Positions 8,421 through 17,148 of a stretch of DNA of 64,000 nucleotides are shown here, in pieces. The first letter of the stretch is position 1; the number at the start of each line of letters is the position of its first letter. The notes under the pieces are model-generated. The model searched no databases, was not told the DNA's origin, and saw nothing but the letters and a program-made list of their open reading frames with translations. Made by a program: the position numbers and the translations under genes. Origin of the DNA: Candidatus Woesearchaeota archaeon (GTDB taxonomy: Archaea; Nanobdellota; Nanobdellia; Pacearchaeales; GW2011-AR1); contig CAZHOH010000002.1 in assembly GCA_964534185.1 (NCBI GenBank), positions 10,558 to 74,557 on the forward strand, written 5' to 3'.

Positions 8421-9995
8421 CTAGGTCTCGAACTCGACAAGGTAACGCAAAACGTTCTGGTCTTCTTGATAAACGATCCACTCGTTGTTCATCACATGGC
8501 TGTAATTCGCCTTGCCAAACACGCTGTGGCAACCCCCCGGGGGGGAGGTATACCCGCGCGGGCCTGGAGCCAGGAAGGGTTTCCCGAGGACGACGTCGCC
8601 GAGGAACATGAAGGCCTTGCGGCCTCGCACTGCGCCGCGCCCTCCGGACCAGAACGAGTTCTGTAGGCTACAGTATCCCGCGGCCTTCTTCCAGTCGTCG
8701 GCCCAGTACGTTCCAGGTCCGAACATGGCTCCTGTGATGGCTACGCCCACCAGCTTCTTCGGCATCATCAGGCTCTTGGACAAGATTCCGCTGACATTGA
8801 CGGAGCGGGTGCCGTGGAACAGCAGGGCGGTTCTGGAGTCCCTATGGGCCGAGAGCGTCCCGTTCAGGTCGGGTCGCGAGCGAGGCGAGAACATAGGCTT
8901 CTCCCGGGAACTGGGCTTCTGCGCGGCAATCTGCGCCTGCTTGGCGTCGAACCGATGGCGGCAGGTCGGCTTGTTCGCCTCCCAGATGTTATGGACCTTC
9001 ATTTGCCCAAGTCCCCTGTGGAGGTTTCGCGTCGCCCGGGGCAGGAAGTCCATGATCCACTTGCCTTCCCCCCGGGGGTCAAGCCAGCGCATCTCGAGGT
9101 CTATCCCATCCAGGGGATTGCGGGTCATGTCGTCGATGTCCTCGAGGCTGGTGGACAAGGCTTGCTCGAACGCGTCAAGGTCCTGTTGCCATGTCAGGAT
9201 GTTCTTTTGCGACAGAACCCACGTGGACTCGTCCGCGCCGACGGGCTTGACCTTCGGGATGCGCGAGTAGAGCAGCCGACTGAATTCTCTCAGCCGCTTG
9301 TCCTTGACCTGACGGTCAGGGTCGTCGCCTACTTTCGACAGCCGCTTCAGGGCCTCCGTGAGGATGTGCCTACCTTCGTTGATGGCATCCTGGGTAGGGA
9401 TGCTGTCGTCCGCCATCGAGTTGCGCGTGTAGTTGGCGGTCGCTACGTTTAGGTCGTGCATCAACTGCATGACCTTCGGATCCGGCAGGGAGTCCGCGCG
9501 CCTCGCCTTGCTCGACTTCTTGGTTTTCTTGGCGGGAGCGTCTCCCGTCTGAATCTTCTTCGCCCCGGGCAATCCGGTCGACCTGGTTGCCTGCGGGCGG
9601 ACGAGGTAGCAGTCCTTGCCCTTTTTTGCCCGCAGGGCCTGTATCCCGGAGATCTTCGTCCATTCTCCGCGCTTGTCATTCTTGCTGTGCAGTTGCTTCT
9701 CGTATGCCTTCCGCGCCTCGTCCTCGCACATGGCCATGACGAACTGGAAGTCCGGACGGGAAGCGCCGGTGCGGCCCCACTCGAAATAGGCGTACCATTC
9801 CCCCGTCTGCTTGGATCTGACGACGGCCCCGTGGTAGAACTTGTTGGTGTCCCGTCCGTCCTGGGTGAAACATCCCAGGTCAGCGACCCCAGTGTCCTCG
9901 AACTCCCCATCCTTGACCGCAGGAGGGCCAAAGCACTCGAAGTCATCGGGGCCATGGCAAGCAGGAAACTGACGTTTTGGTAGTTTGGTAGCCAT
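8421..9995 (-). CDS. poly(ADP-ribose) polymerase-like protein (WGR + helical + PARP catalytic domains)
   Basis: WGR: KFYHGAVV...WYAYFEWGRTGASRP. Catalytic H-Y-E: LLFHGTRS, GPGTYWADD, NNEWIVYQEDQ. Confidence 0.85.
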   Translation of the reverse strand: MATKLPKRQFPACHGPDDFECFGPPAVKDGEFEDTGVADLGCFTQDGRDTNKFYHGAVVRSKQTGEWYAYFEWGRTGASRPDFQFVMAMCEDEARKAYEKQLHSKNDKRGEWTKISGIQALRAKKGKDCYLVRPQATRSTGLPGAKKIQTGDAPAKKTKKSSKARRADSLPDPKVMQLMHDLNVATANYTRNSMADDSIPTQDAINEGRHILTEALKRLSKVGDDPDRQVKDKRLREFSRLLYSRIPKVKPVGADESTWVLSQKNILTWQQDLDAFEQALSTSLEDIDDMTRNPLDGIDLEMRWLDPRGEGKWIMDFLPRATRNLHRGLGQMKVHNIWEANKPTCRHRFDAKQAQIAAQKPSSREKPMFSPRSRPDLNGTLSAHRDSRTALLFHGTRSVNVSGILSKSLMMPKKLVGVAITGAMFGPGTYWADDWKKAAGYCSLQNSFWSGGRGAVRGRKAFMFLGDVVLGKPFLAPGPRGYTSPPGGCHSVFGKANYSHVMNNEWIVYQEDQNVLRYLVEFET

Positions 9996-10019
9996 TTCTT
10001 TCGTCTTCTTTTCCCAGGG

Positions 10020-10907
10020 TTACAATAGCCTGCTTCCTGTGAACTGCCAGTCCGTGAACAACTTCCCGTCCGGGAAGAAGATCAATTGCCGGATGACGTT
10101 CGTATCCGGCTCCAGCGTCAGGCAGTTCGACACACAGACGTTTTGTCCCCGGAAGTCATAGACAGCGGCGCCGTGGGGCAGTGTGTAGAGCTTGGTCCCC
10201 TCCGTCTGAACATGCTCTTGAATAGCCAGACACGCGAGATCGCTGAGGCGATTCAAGTCGATCCACTTGTTGACCAACGGACTAGTGGTTGTCGCGTCCC
10301 ACGCGGGTGTCACGGGCCTCCATGTCAGTTGCTCGACTTTGTTCTCCAAGCAGAAGTCCACGAGGCGCTCGAAGGCCTTCGGGCCATCAACGCCCCCCTT
10401 GATGCCGATCGTGGTATACCTTACGATCAGGCCCGCGTCATGGGCGCGCTTGATGGCGTCCTTCATGTCAAGGAGCTTCTTCCTCTTTGGCCAGTAGATC
10501 CTGTGGTTGAGGTCGGGATCCGATCCGACGTTGGATATCATGATGGTAGTCATGCCCGCGCTGTACCAGTCGACAAGCATGTGCCCAACCCGATATCCTC
10601 TCCAAGTGGATTCCCCGAGGAACGCGCCGTTCGTTTGTAGTTCGACGAACGGGAATCGACCCTCGAGTTCCGCCAAGTAGGTGTATATCTGATTCGGATA
10701 GAGGGTAGGCTCCCCTTTCCCCGTTATGAGGACATTGGTGATGCCGCATCTCTCGGCTATCTGCACCGCCTTGCGCAGGTTCCGTATGTTCAATTCGATC
10801 AGAACATCGCAGCCTTTGTTCGTCTCCGTCATGCGCGACACGCAAAACGGGCACTGCGCGTTGCAGGCCTTGGTCCCCGCGACAAGCGACATCGTCTGAA
10901 ATTTCAT
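10020..10907 (-). CDS. radical SAM enzyme, unknown substrate
   Basis: CNAQCPFC (CxxxCxxC) at residues ~15-22 and ITGKGEPTLYP (SAM-binding GGE-like). AAGGAG RBS. Confidence 0.8.
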   Translation of the reverse strand: MKFQTMSLVAGTKACNAQCPFCVSRMTETNKGCDVLIELNIRNLRKAVQIAERCGITNVLITGKGEPTLYPNQIYTYLAELEGRFPFVELQTNGAFLGESTWRGYRVGHMLVDWYSAGMTTIMISNVGSDPDLNHRIYWPKRKKLLDMKDAIKRAHDAGLIVRYTTIGIKGGVDGPKAFERLVDFCLENKVEQLTWRPVTPAWDATTTSPLVNKWIDLNRLSDLACLAIQEHVQTEGTKLYTLPHGAAVYDFRGQNVCVSNCLTLEPDTNVIRQLIFFPDGKLFTDWQFTGSRLL

Positions 10908-11000
10908 CTGACATTCTCCTTATGTTCAATCGTCGGATGGCGCGGACCCTGTACCCCCCCTACTCCGATCGACGGATACGTCTTCTTGTCCCCTCACGTT

Positions 11001-11195
11001 TTACGGGTCTGCCGCGTGGAGTTCGACGGGGGAAAGCGATTCGAGAGACACTGCCCCAGCCTTCCCGCGGAGCCACGCCACCTCGCCCCCCGACAACAGG
11101 TGGCCTATGTATCGAACCTCGTAGACATTATCGTCGTGCGGACCGCCGATGATCGGGTGGTAACGTACCTTCTGACCTACACGGCATTCTGACAT
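11001..11195 (-). CDS. small hypothetical protein (64 aa)
   Basis: ORF 11001..11207. ATG at 11195 (MSECRVGQKVRYHP). Overlaps the 3' end of the upstream gene by ~68 nt. Confidence 0.4.
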   Translation of the reverse strand: MSECRVGQKVRYHPIIGGPHDDNVYEVRYIGHLLSGGEVAWLRGKAGAVSLESLSPVELHAADP

Positions 11196-11883
11196 TTTCA
11201 CCCCCATGGTCTTTGGCCAAGTCGGAAACCTCTTTGGTGCGAGCGTCTTCTTTTCCTAGTTCCTGCTCGCAATAACGCGCGACCTTGACGATCCGTCTGG
11301 CAACGAAGTTCTTAAGCCAACTCCTCGTTGCAGGCAGCGCGTCTAGGTGGCCCATGACTTTGTTCGCATATTCCTGGCCTCCGATCAATACGATTGCGAC
11401 GGCGGCGTTAGCAACAATGGCACTGAAATACGGGATGTCAAGCAGCAGGTCGTTGGCATGAGATGCAAACACCTGAAAAAGAGTTTCCTCCAGGTTCGCA
11501 TGAATATTGTCGGGGATAACGGTTGCCTTTCTCGCGACCATCTTGGTCGCCTCGCATACCAGAGCCTGGTTTTTCATGCTCATGAAACGAGCGATCACGT
11601 CACAGTCCAATGAACTACGGGAAGCCATCGCAATGAAGAGCCTGACGCCTGCGGAGGTAAAAACATTCATGTATTCGTTGTCGCGATGCTTTTCCACGAA
11701 ACTCACGACAGCATCCCTGAGCGGCTTCTCGCCGCGAGTCCACAAAGGAGCAAATGAATACATGTTGGCTAGGAACACCCCCTCGGCAGATAGAACCGCC
11801 CTGCCCTCCAAAGAGGGGTCAGTCATCTTGCCGTCAACAAACTGCTCGATTTCCCGCATCATCCGCTCGATTTTATCCGACAT
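11128..11883 (-). CDS. hypothetical helical protein (251 aa)
   Basis: ORF track entry in the co-directional block. No motif recognised. Confidence 0.6.
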   Translation of the reverse strand: MSDKIERMMREIEQFVDGKMTDPSLEGRAVLSAEGVFLANMYSFAPLWTRGEKPLRDAVVSFVEKHRDNEYMNVFTSAGVRLFIAMASRSSLDCDVIARFMSMKNQALVCEATKMVARKATVIPDNIHANLEETLFQVFASHANDLLLDIPYFSAIVANAAVAIVLIGGQEYANKVMGHLDALPATRSWLKNFVARRIVKVARYCEQELGKEDARTKEVSDLAKDHGGENVRMPCRSEGTLPPDHRRSARR

Positions 11884-11921
11884 CGTTATCTAGCCCCCGC
11901 CGATGAGCCAGAGGTACTCCG

Positions 11922-11953
11922 CTGGCCCCGGAGAGTCGTCGAACCGGGGCCAG
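11922..11953 (-). promoter_or_regulatory. perfect 10-bp-stem hairpin CTGGCCCCGG-N12-CCGGGGCCAG just downstream of the ParB-like gene
   Basis: Read directly: ctggccccgg agagtcgtcgaa ccggggccag. No U-tract, so it is not a canonical intrinsic terminator. Confidence 0.4.
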
Positions 11954-11963
11954 CGGGACGTTG

Positions 11964-12851
11964 CTACTTGGCGGAAGCCAAATCTGCGGCCGGCTTGCGG
12001 ACACGAAACATGCTTTCGTCGAACACCCGCGGGAAAGCCTCGCTCGTGGCGTAGCGGATCTGCTTCATGGGCTGCTCATTGGCCCAGGCGTTCATGGCCT
12101 TGACAAACAGCGCCAGCACGTAGTCTCGGAAGCCGCTGCCGTTGTGCCCCAGGCCCCTGTTGAGCCGAAGGATGGAACGGCGCAGTGCCAGCGACGGGCT
12201 GTCGGTCTCGAGGTTCACCCCCGTGGCCACCTCCTCGATGAAGGCGTCAGCTAGTTCCTCATCGTCCAGCGCGCGCATCAGGACGTACTTGCAGAACGCA
12301 GCCTGCGCGAGGCACCCCCCGATCTCGCGAAGGTATTTGCCGGCGGGCAGGCGGACTGCGTCCCGGGCCTTCGGATGGCGCTCGAGCACGCTCATGATGT
12401 CGACGTTGCCCGCGCGGTTGCGGGCGATGTTCTGCGACGATCGGTTCTCGTAGCGCCAGATGTACTTCAGCAGCGCGGCCAGCGCGGTGGAGTTCGCCTC
12501 GCCCCGTATCTGCATGATGTGGGCCGCGGTCCTGCCCATGCCGCAGTCGATGGTGGCCTGCGCGTTGTCGTCCGTCACGCCGCGAACGACGATGGTCTCG
12601 ATGCTCTGGCCTGACTCGATGATCGCTTGCAGACGGTGCTGGCCGTCGATCAGATGCCCCTCCTCGTCAAAGGTGATAGTCTGGCCGTTGAAAGACCACT
12701 GGTTCATACGCATCTGATCCGCGTAGAACTCGATGCGCCTCCGGGAAAGCTTGCGGTTCGCCTCCTGCGTTTCCAGCCACCGCTTGGCCTTGCGAGGTCC
12801 GACCTTCTCCCGGTTCGACTTGATGTACGTCCTTTTCTTGCTTTTGCCCAT
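11964..12851 (-). CDS. ParB/Srx-fold N-terminal domain protein (DGQHR motif)
   Basis: EEGHLIDGQHRLQAI is the ParB-like nuclease/Srx core motif. Start reset to ATG 12851 (MGKSKKRTY) with an AGGAGA RBS. Confidence 0.75.
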   Translation of the reverse strand: MGKSKKRTYIKSNREKVGPRKAKRWLETQEANRKLSRRRIEFYADQMRMNQWSFNGQTITFDEEGHLIDGQHRLQAIIESGQSIETIVVRGVTDDNAQATIDCGMGRTAAHIMQIRGEANSTALAALLKYIWRYENRSSQNIARNRAGNVDIMSVLERHPKARDAVRLPAGKYLREIGGCLAQAAFCKYVLMRALDDEELADAFIEEVATGVNLETDSPSLALRRSILRLNRGLGHNGSGFRDYVLALFVKAMNAWANEQPMKQIRYATSEAFPRVFDESMFRVRKPAADLASAK

Positions 12852-12914
12852 CTTCAGTCTCCTGTTTTCAAAAAGAAAAATACTATGCCCCAAGCGGGTT
12901 CCTCGAATGCGTCT

Positions 12915-12943
12915 ATAATACACAAAATGCGGCGCACGCACAA
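12915..12943 (-). promoter_or_regulatory. candidate sigma-70-type promoter of the ParB-like gene
   Basis: Minus strand: TTGTGC (12943-12938), 17 nt spacer, TATTAT (12920-12915), ~65 nt upstream of the ATG. Confidence 0.3.
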
Positions 12944-12954
12944 GCGTCGGCAAA

Positions 12955-12988
12955 GAGGCCCCGGAGCAACCGGGGCCTCTTTGCCTTA
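12955..12988. terminator. hairpin AAGAGGCCCCGG-AGCAA-CCGGGGCCTCTT, terminator-like on both strands
   Basis: Perfect inverted repeat read directly. It is followed on the plus strand by tgccttattttt, and it lies between two minus-strand genes. Confidence 0.4.
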
Positions 12989-13026
12989 TTTTTCAAACTC
13001 CTCAACGATAGCACCACCGCTATCGC

Positions 13027-13230
13027 TCAATGCTCGTTCTTCCGTTTCTCAAAGTAGCCCATCTCATCCGCCAGCGCCCCAATATAGCGCCCGTCCGCGT
13101 CAAAGCAGAAATGCGTCTGCGCCACGGAAATGCCATGGTCTCCACGGTACACGCCATATTCGTTTCGCCATTCCTCAAGCCCTACTCCCATGCAGGTGAA
13201 GAAGGCAACGAATTCCTCGTAGTCCGTCAT
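13027..13230 (-). CDS. small hypothetical protein (67 aa)
   Basis: ORF 13027..13308. ATG at 13230 (MTDYEEF) avoids overlap with the vWA gene. Confidence 0.45.
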   Translation of the reverse strand: MTDYEEFVAFFTCMGVGLEEWRNEYGVYRGDHGISVAQTHFCFDADGRYIGALADEMGYFEKRKNEH

Positions 13231-13304
13231 CGCTATGCTCCCGATGCAACTCACAGTGGCCACCGTAGTGGAAAGCGGGTCACGCTGCCTCCACAGGGAG
13301 TGCC

Positions 13305-14096
13305 TCAACTACCGAACCCCCCCATGGCCGTCTGGCTGAAACTGGCGCCGCCCTGGGACGCGCGTACCGCGCTCTGGCTGAAGACCTGGAAGGCCTTCCT
13401 GACTTCGGTCTCGCTGTTGCCAGGGGTCAGGATCCACTCGTCCTGGACGCCCATCTGCTGGAAGATGCGCTTGAAGTCGGCCCCCGCGTCGTCCTTGATC
13501 CCCATGGCGGCAATGATGTGGCACTCCTGCCGCAACATGTCCTCGACCAAGGGCTTGACGTCCAAGGCGCTGGATGAGGAGTGCTGGTCCGCTCCGTCGG
13601 TAACGATCAGGGTGATCGTCCGGGCCGGCACTCCAGAGTCCGCGAACTCGCGGTGCTTGGCCATGACCGTGCCCAGCAGGGCGATGGTCTGGTCGTACAG
13701 CGGCGTCCCCTTACGCGGGTCGTAGTTCTGCGGCGTCATGACCTCGGCGTCCTCCAGCTTCCGGTAGGGGAACAGCACGTCCCCGTTGAGATAGCGGGTG
13801 TGCGCCAGAACGGCGTCCGTCTGCTTCGATTTCTTCAGCGCATCCAGAACCAGGTTGTGCCCATCGATGACCGCCTGCTTGTTGCCTGCGAACTGGATCG
13901 ACCCGCTGTCGTCCGGCATCATCGTCACCAGAACGACCTCGCTGGCCTCCACGTCGTCGGCGGAGATGCCCAGACCGGCCTGAATCTGTGCCCCCAGGTC
14001 AATGGAGTTCAGGGCCTGCATCGACTGCAGGCTCAGATCCCCCTCGTCATGGGCTTGCTTGAATACCTCGCCCAAGTCTGCCACGTTGCTGCTCAT
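13305..14096 (-). CDS. von Willebrand factor A (TerY-like) protein
   Basis: MIDAS residues: MPDDSGSIQF (DxSxS) and LIVTDGADQHS. Start reset to ATG 14096 (MSSNVADLG) with a GAGGAG RBS. Confidence 0.85.
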   Translation of the reverse strand: MSSNVADLGEVFKQAHDEGDLSLQSMQALNSIDLGAQIQAGLGISADDVEASEVVLVTMMPDDSGSIQFAGNKQAVIDGHNLVLDALKKSKQTDAVLAHTRYLNGDVLFPYRKLEDAEVMTPQNYDPRKGTPLYDQTIALLGTVMAKHREFADSGVPARTITLIVTDGADQHSSSSALDVKPLVEDMLRQECHIIAAMGIKDDAGADFKRIFQQMGVQDEWILTPGNSETEVRKAFQVFSQSAVRASQGGASFSQTAMGGFGS

Positions 14097-14224
14097 GATC
14101 GTCTCCTCGTTCGATGAACCCCTCCCCCAACAAACTCCGCTGGAACGGCTCGACACAAAAACAGTAAGCGTTGGCACGTTCGATTGGAGTCCGGGGGAGG
14201 GGCTCGTATGTCGGTCAGCCTTAG

Positions 14225-15292
14225 CTACAGGCTGATGCCATCCCATTCCTCGATGGGCTTGGTGGATCTGACGACATGCATGCCAGCGTCCTTGAATTTC
14301 TGGATCGCCGCTACGGCGTCGTCGGTAAAGTCCGCCACGAACCCTCCCTGGCCGTCAGGGATCGCGACCGAGCTCATGCAGTCCTCCATGATGTAGCACT
14401 TGCGCGCCAGGGACTCGTCCTGCGCGCGGATCTCGCTCAGCAGGTCGTCGATCGTGAACTTGACGCAGTGGCTCGCGGCCTGCCCCGCGATGATGACGGC
14501 GTCGCTGTCCAGCAGCGTGTTCAGAAACCGGGTGTTCTTCTGGCCCACCGGCTTGTGGTCCTGGGTTGCCAGAACCTCCGGGCGCAGGACGGAATAGTTC
14601 TCCGTCAGCAGGGCGCCCCCCTTGACCTCCAGATCCCCCTTGGAGGACCGGGCGAAGGAATGGAAAGCCCGCGCCTCGGCGACTGTTCCCGCGAGCGCGT
14701 GTCCCTCAGAGCCGAGCAGGCAGTGGAAGGGCCAGAGGTAGAGCTGGTACTTGCCAGCCTTCTCCAGCTCCTGGCAGTAGTGCTTGACGTAGCTGACCAG
14801 CCACGTGTAGTTGCCGTTGCACAGCCACTTCGCCATGGCGGGGTTGGGATTCAGCTTGCCTTCCGAGATGTCCTGGGTGGAGACGGTCGTGTGCGCGGCC
14901 GGGGCCTTGCCGTCCTCGCCGACCCAGAAGCTCGGGAAGAATACCTGGAACGGGAAGTGAGTGTCCATCGTGCAGGTCACGTCGGTGATGGCGGGGAGGT
15001 TCTTGTAGATGAACTCCGCTGTCCGCGCGGAGTCCTCGATCGCGCCGCGTCCGCCGCGGCCACCTACGTAGAGCGTCCCCTCGGGGAAGCAGAAGTCCTT
15101 CTGGGCGTCGATCAGCAGCAGGTGGACGCGGAATTTGTCGGCGCCGGACGGAGCCACGCCATGCTTCTTAACCCACTCCTGCGCCTTCTCGAACAACATG
15201 GCCTCGTTCGGGCGGTAGCCCCACTTCTCGGCGGACTTCGGGTCGTAGAAGTCAGGCAGGGGCAGTTGCTTGACTGGCGTCGCGGTGCTCAT
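14225..15292 (-). CDS. isochorismatase-family cysteine hydrolase, nicotinamidase-like
   Basis: LLLIDAQKDFCFPEG (catalytic Asp region), MDTH (possible metal site) and IIAGQAASHCVKFT (nucleophile Cys). Start reset to ATG 15292 with an AAGGAGAA RBS. Confidence 0.75.
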   Translation of the reverse strand: MSTATPVKQLPLPDFYDPKSAEKWGYRPNEAMLFEKAQEWVKKHGVAPSGADKFRVHLLLIDAQKDFCFPEGTLYVGGRGGRGAIEDSARTAEFIYKNLPAITDVTCTMDTHFPFQVFFPSFWVGEDGKAPAAHTTVSTQDISEGKLNPNPAMAKWLCNGNYTWLVSYVKHYCQELEKAGKYQLYLWPFHCLLGSEGHALAGTVAEARAFHSFARSSKGDLEVKGGALLTENYSVLRPEVLATQDHKPVGQKNTRFLNTLLDSDAVIIAGQAASHCVKFTIDDLLSEIRAQDESLARKCYIMEDCMSSVAIPDGQGGFVADFTDDAVAAIQKFKDAGMHVVRSTKPIEEWDGISL

Positions 15293-15303
15293 CTTCTTCT
15301 CCT

Positions 15304-17148
15304 TCACTTCAAACTCAGGACGCCAACCTCCTGGCGCCCGGTGACGTACACGCCATTCTTCCCAGCGAAGAGATGGCAACCTTCATTCACGAACGGCTCC
15401 GTGTCGGGGAACTCCTTTTCCACCTCCAGTAAGCCGCCGTTGTTCCTGATCCGCCTCAAGCCCTCGTCAGAGGCGCTTAGCAGCATCTTGTCAAACGCCC
15501 ACTTTCCCCTGATTCCGGATAGCCAGGGATGGTCGGCCTGGTCGGTCTGCTCCGTCGCCAGAACCTCGCCGTGGCGACTGACCACGTGGCATTCGTTGAC
15601 CTTCCTCTTGCCCTGCTGCGTGCTCACGAAGAACCAGCAGCAATGATCCCCGAAAAAGCAGGTCGAGTCTATCAGTTGGCCGCGAACCTTGACGTTGACG
15701 GAGTCGTTGATCTTTCCGTTGACGTCGAATACGAAGGCCACGCTCAACTGGCCGGCGCGATAGAAGCCCAGGCCGAACTCCGGGCCCACCCAGAAGAGGG
15801 TCTGGTTCCTCAGCACGTCGCCTATCCTCTTGTATCCCAGTATATCATCACGATAGAGTACACCGTCCTGCAACCAGAACTTATCGCGCCCGTTGGCGTC
15901 GAATATGGGCAGGTTGCCGTAGAAGTCGACCGGCAACTGCTCCAACTTGCCATCCTTGTCCACGACCAGCGCCGGCTTCCCGGACATGCCAATGAGAGTC
16001 TGATTCCCGCAGATGCGAAAGCGCATCTGGTGATGCGCGGACCCCTTGAGGACCTTTACTCCCCCTTCTCTCCAAAAATGTCCGTCTTCCCAATAGAGCC
16101 ACCTCATCTGGCCATCCTGCATGGCGGCGAACAGGATGGTTCCCTTCGTGGAGAATATCTTCTTGTATTCCACGTTGCCCTTGACGACCTCCTTAACGAG
16201 CGGAACGACCTTCTGGCACTCCGGGCAGGACTTTCTCGCGTGCTCGAAGCCGCAGCCCGGGCAGACGCGCCACTGCGTGTTCAGCAACTGCAGCGGGAAC
16301 GGACCCCGCGTGTCCTTCTCGAACACCTGGCGTAAGTAGTCCGCCAGGTCGTCCGGCAGGGACTTGAGGGGCCGCGCGGGCTTCGGGTACTTGACCTCCG
16401 AGTCAAATACCGTGATCCGGTGCAGGGGCCGCGCCGGGTGGGGCACCTTGCGCTTCTTGTCCTTGGGACGAAAAACCCCCCCGTATGGGTCAACGAACAT
16501 CAGGGTCTGCATGACCATGACCGCGAAGGCGTACCAGTCGGAGTCCTCGTTGTGGGGCCTGACCAGGACGGGCCTGTTCTGGCGCGCGTCGCACAGCAGG
16601 GGATCCACGAATCGCTCCGTGTAGACACGGCAGGGAAACGTCCTGAACTGCCAACTGTCAGCGTCGATGACGTAGGGCGTATCGCCTTTGACGAGGACGT
16701 TGAGGTCGTTGAAGTCACCAACCACCGCGTCCTTCTCGTGGATCGCCTCGACCACCTGGGCCAGTTTCTTCAGAATCCTGTTGACGACATTGTTGTTGAC
16801 GCCATGCCGGAAGGACTTCTCTCCATAGCGGAGCAGAGGCTCTGCCCCCTCGACCATGTCCATCACGTAGCCAACGATCTTTCCTTTCCTGTCGGTCGCA
16901 ACGTCCAGCGGGACGATGACGTTCGACGGCACCCCCCGGGGGAACTGGGTCAACTTCTGCTGGTGCTCCTCTATGCGAATCCTCGCGGCCTGGCGCTGGT
17001 CGACGGTCAGGTGGTCGGGATGGTTCTCTCCCTTGAAGACTTTGAGCGCGTGACCACCGGGGATCCGGTAGACGTCAGCTTCGCCGCCTTTGCCTATGCT
17101 ATCGGTAGGAGCAACGCTTATGCGCTTGCTTCTGACGTAGACTTGCAT
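15304..17148 (-). CDS. Ser/Thr protein kinase with zinc ribbon and C-terminal repeat domain
   Basis: GKGGEADVY...ALKVFK (Gly loop plus Lys), VVGDFNDLNVLV (catalytic loop), VIDADSW (DFG-like) and CPGCGFEHARKSCPECQK. About 270 aa of beta-rich C-terminus. Confidence 0.85.
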   Translation of the reverse strand: MQVYVRSKRISVAPTDSIGKGGEADVYRIPGGHALKVFKGENHPDHLTVDQRQAARIRIEEHQQKLTQFPRGVPSNVIVPLDVATDRKGKIVGYVMDMVEGAEPLLRYGEKSFRHGVNNNVVNRILKKLAQVVEAIHEKDAVVGDFNDLNVLVKGDTPYVIDADSWQFRTFPCRVYTERFVDPLLCDARQNRPVLVRPHNEDSDWYAFAVMVMQTLMFVDPYGGVFRPKDKKRKVPHPARPLHRITVFDSEVKYPKPARPLKSLPDDLADYLRQVFEKDTRGPFPLQLLNTQWRVCPGCGFEHARKSCPECQKVVPLVKEVVKGNVEYKKIFSTKGTILFAAMQDGQMRWLYWEDGHFWREGGVKVLKGSAHHQMRFRICGNQTLIGMSGKPALVVDKDGKLEQLPVDFYGNLPIFDANGRDKFWLQDGVLYRDDILGYKRIGDVLRNQTLFWVGPEFGLGFYRAGQLSVAFVFDVNGKINDSVNVKVRGQLIDSTCFFGDHCCWFFVSTQQGKRKVNECHVVSRHGEVLATEQTDQADHPWLSGIRGKWAFDKMLLSASDEGLRRIRNNGGLLEVEKEFPDTEPFVNEGCHLFAGKNGVYVTGRQEVGVLSLK

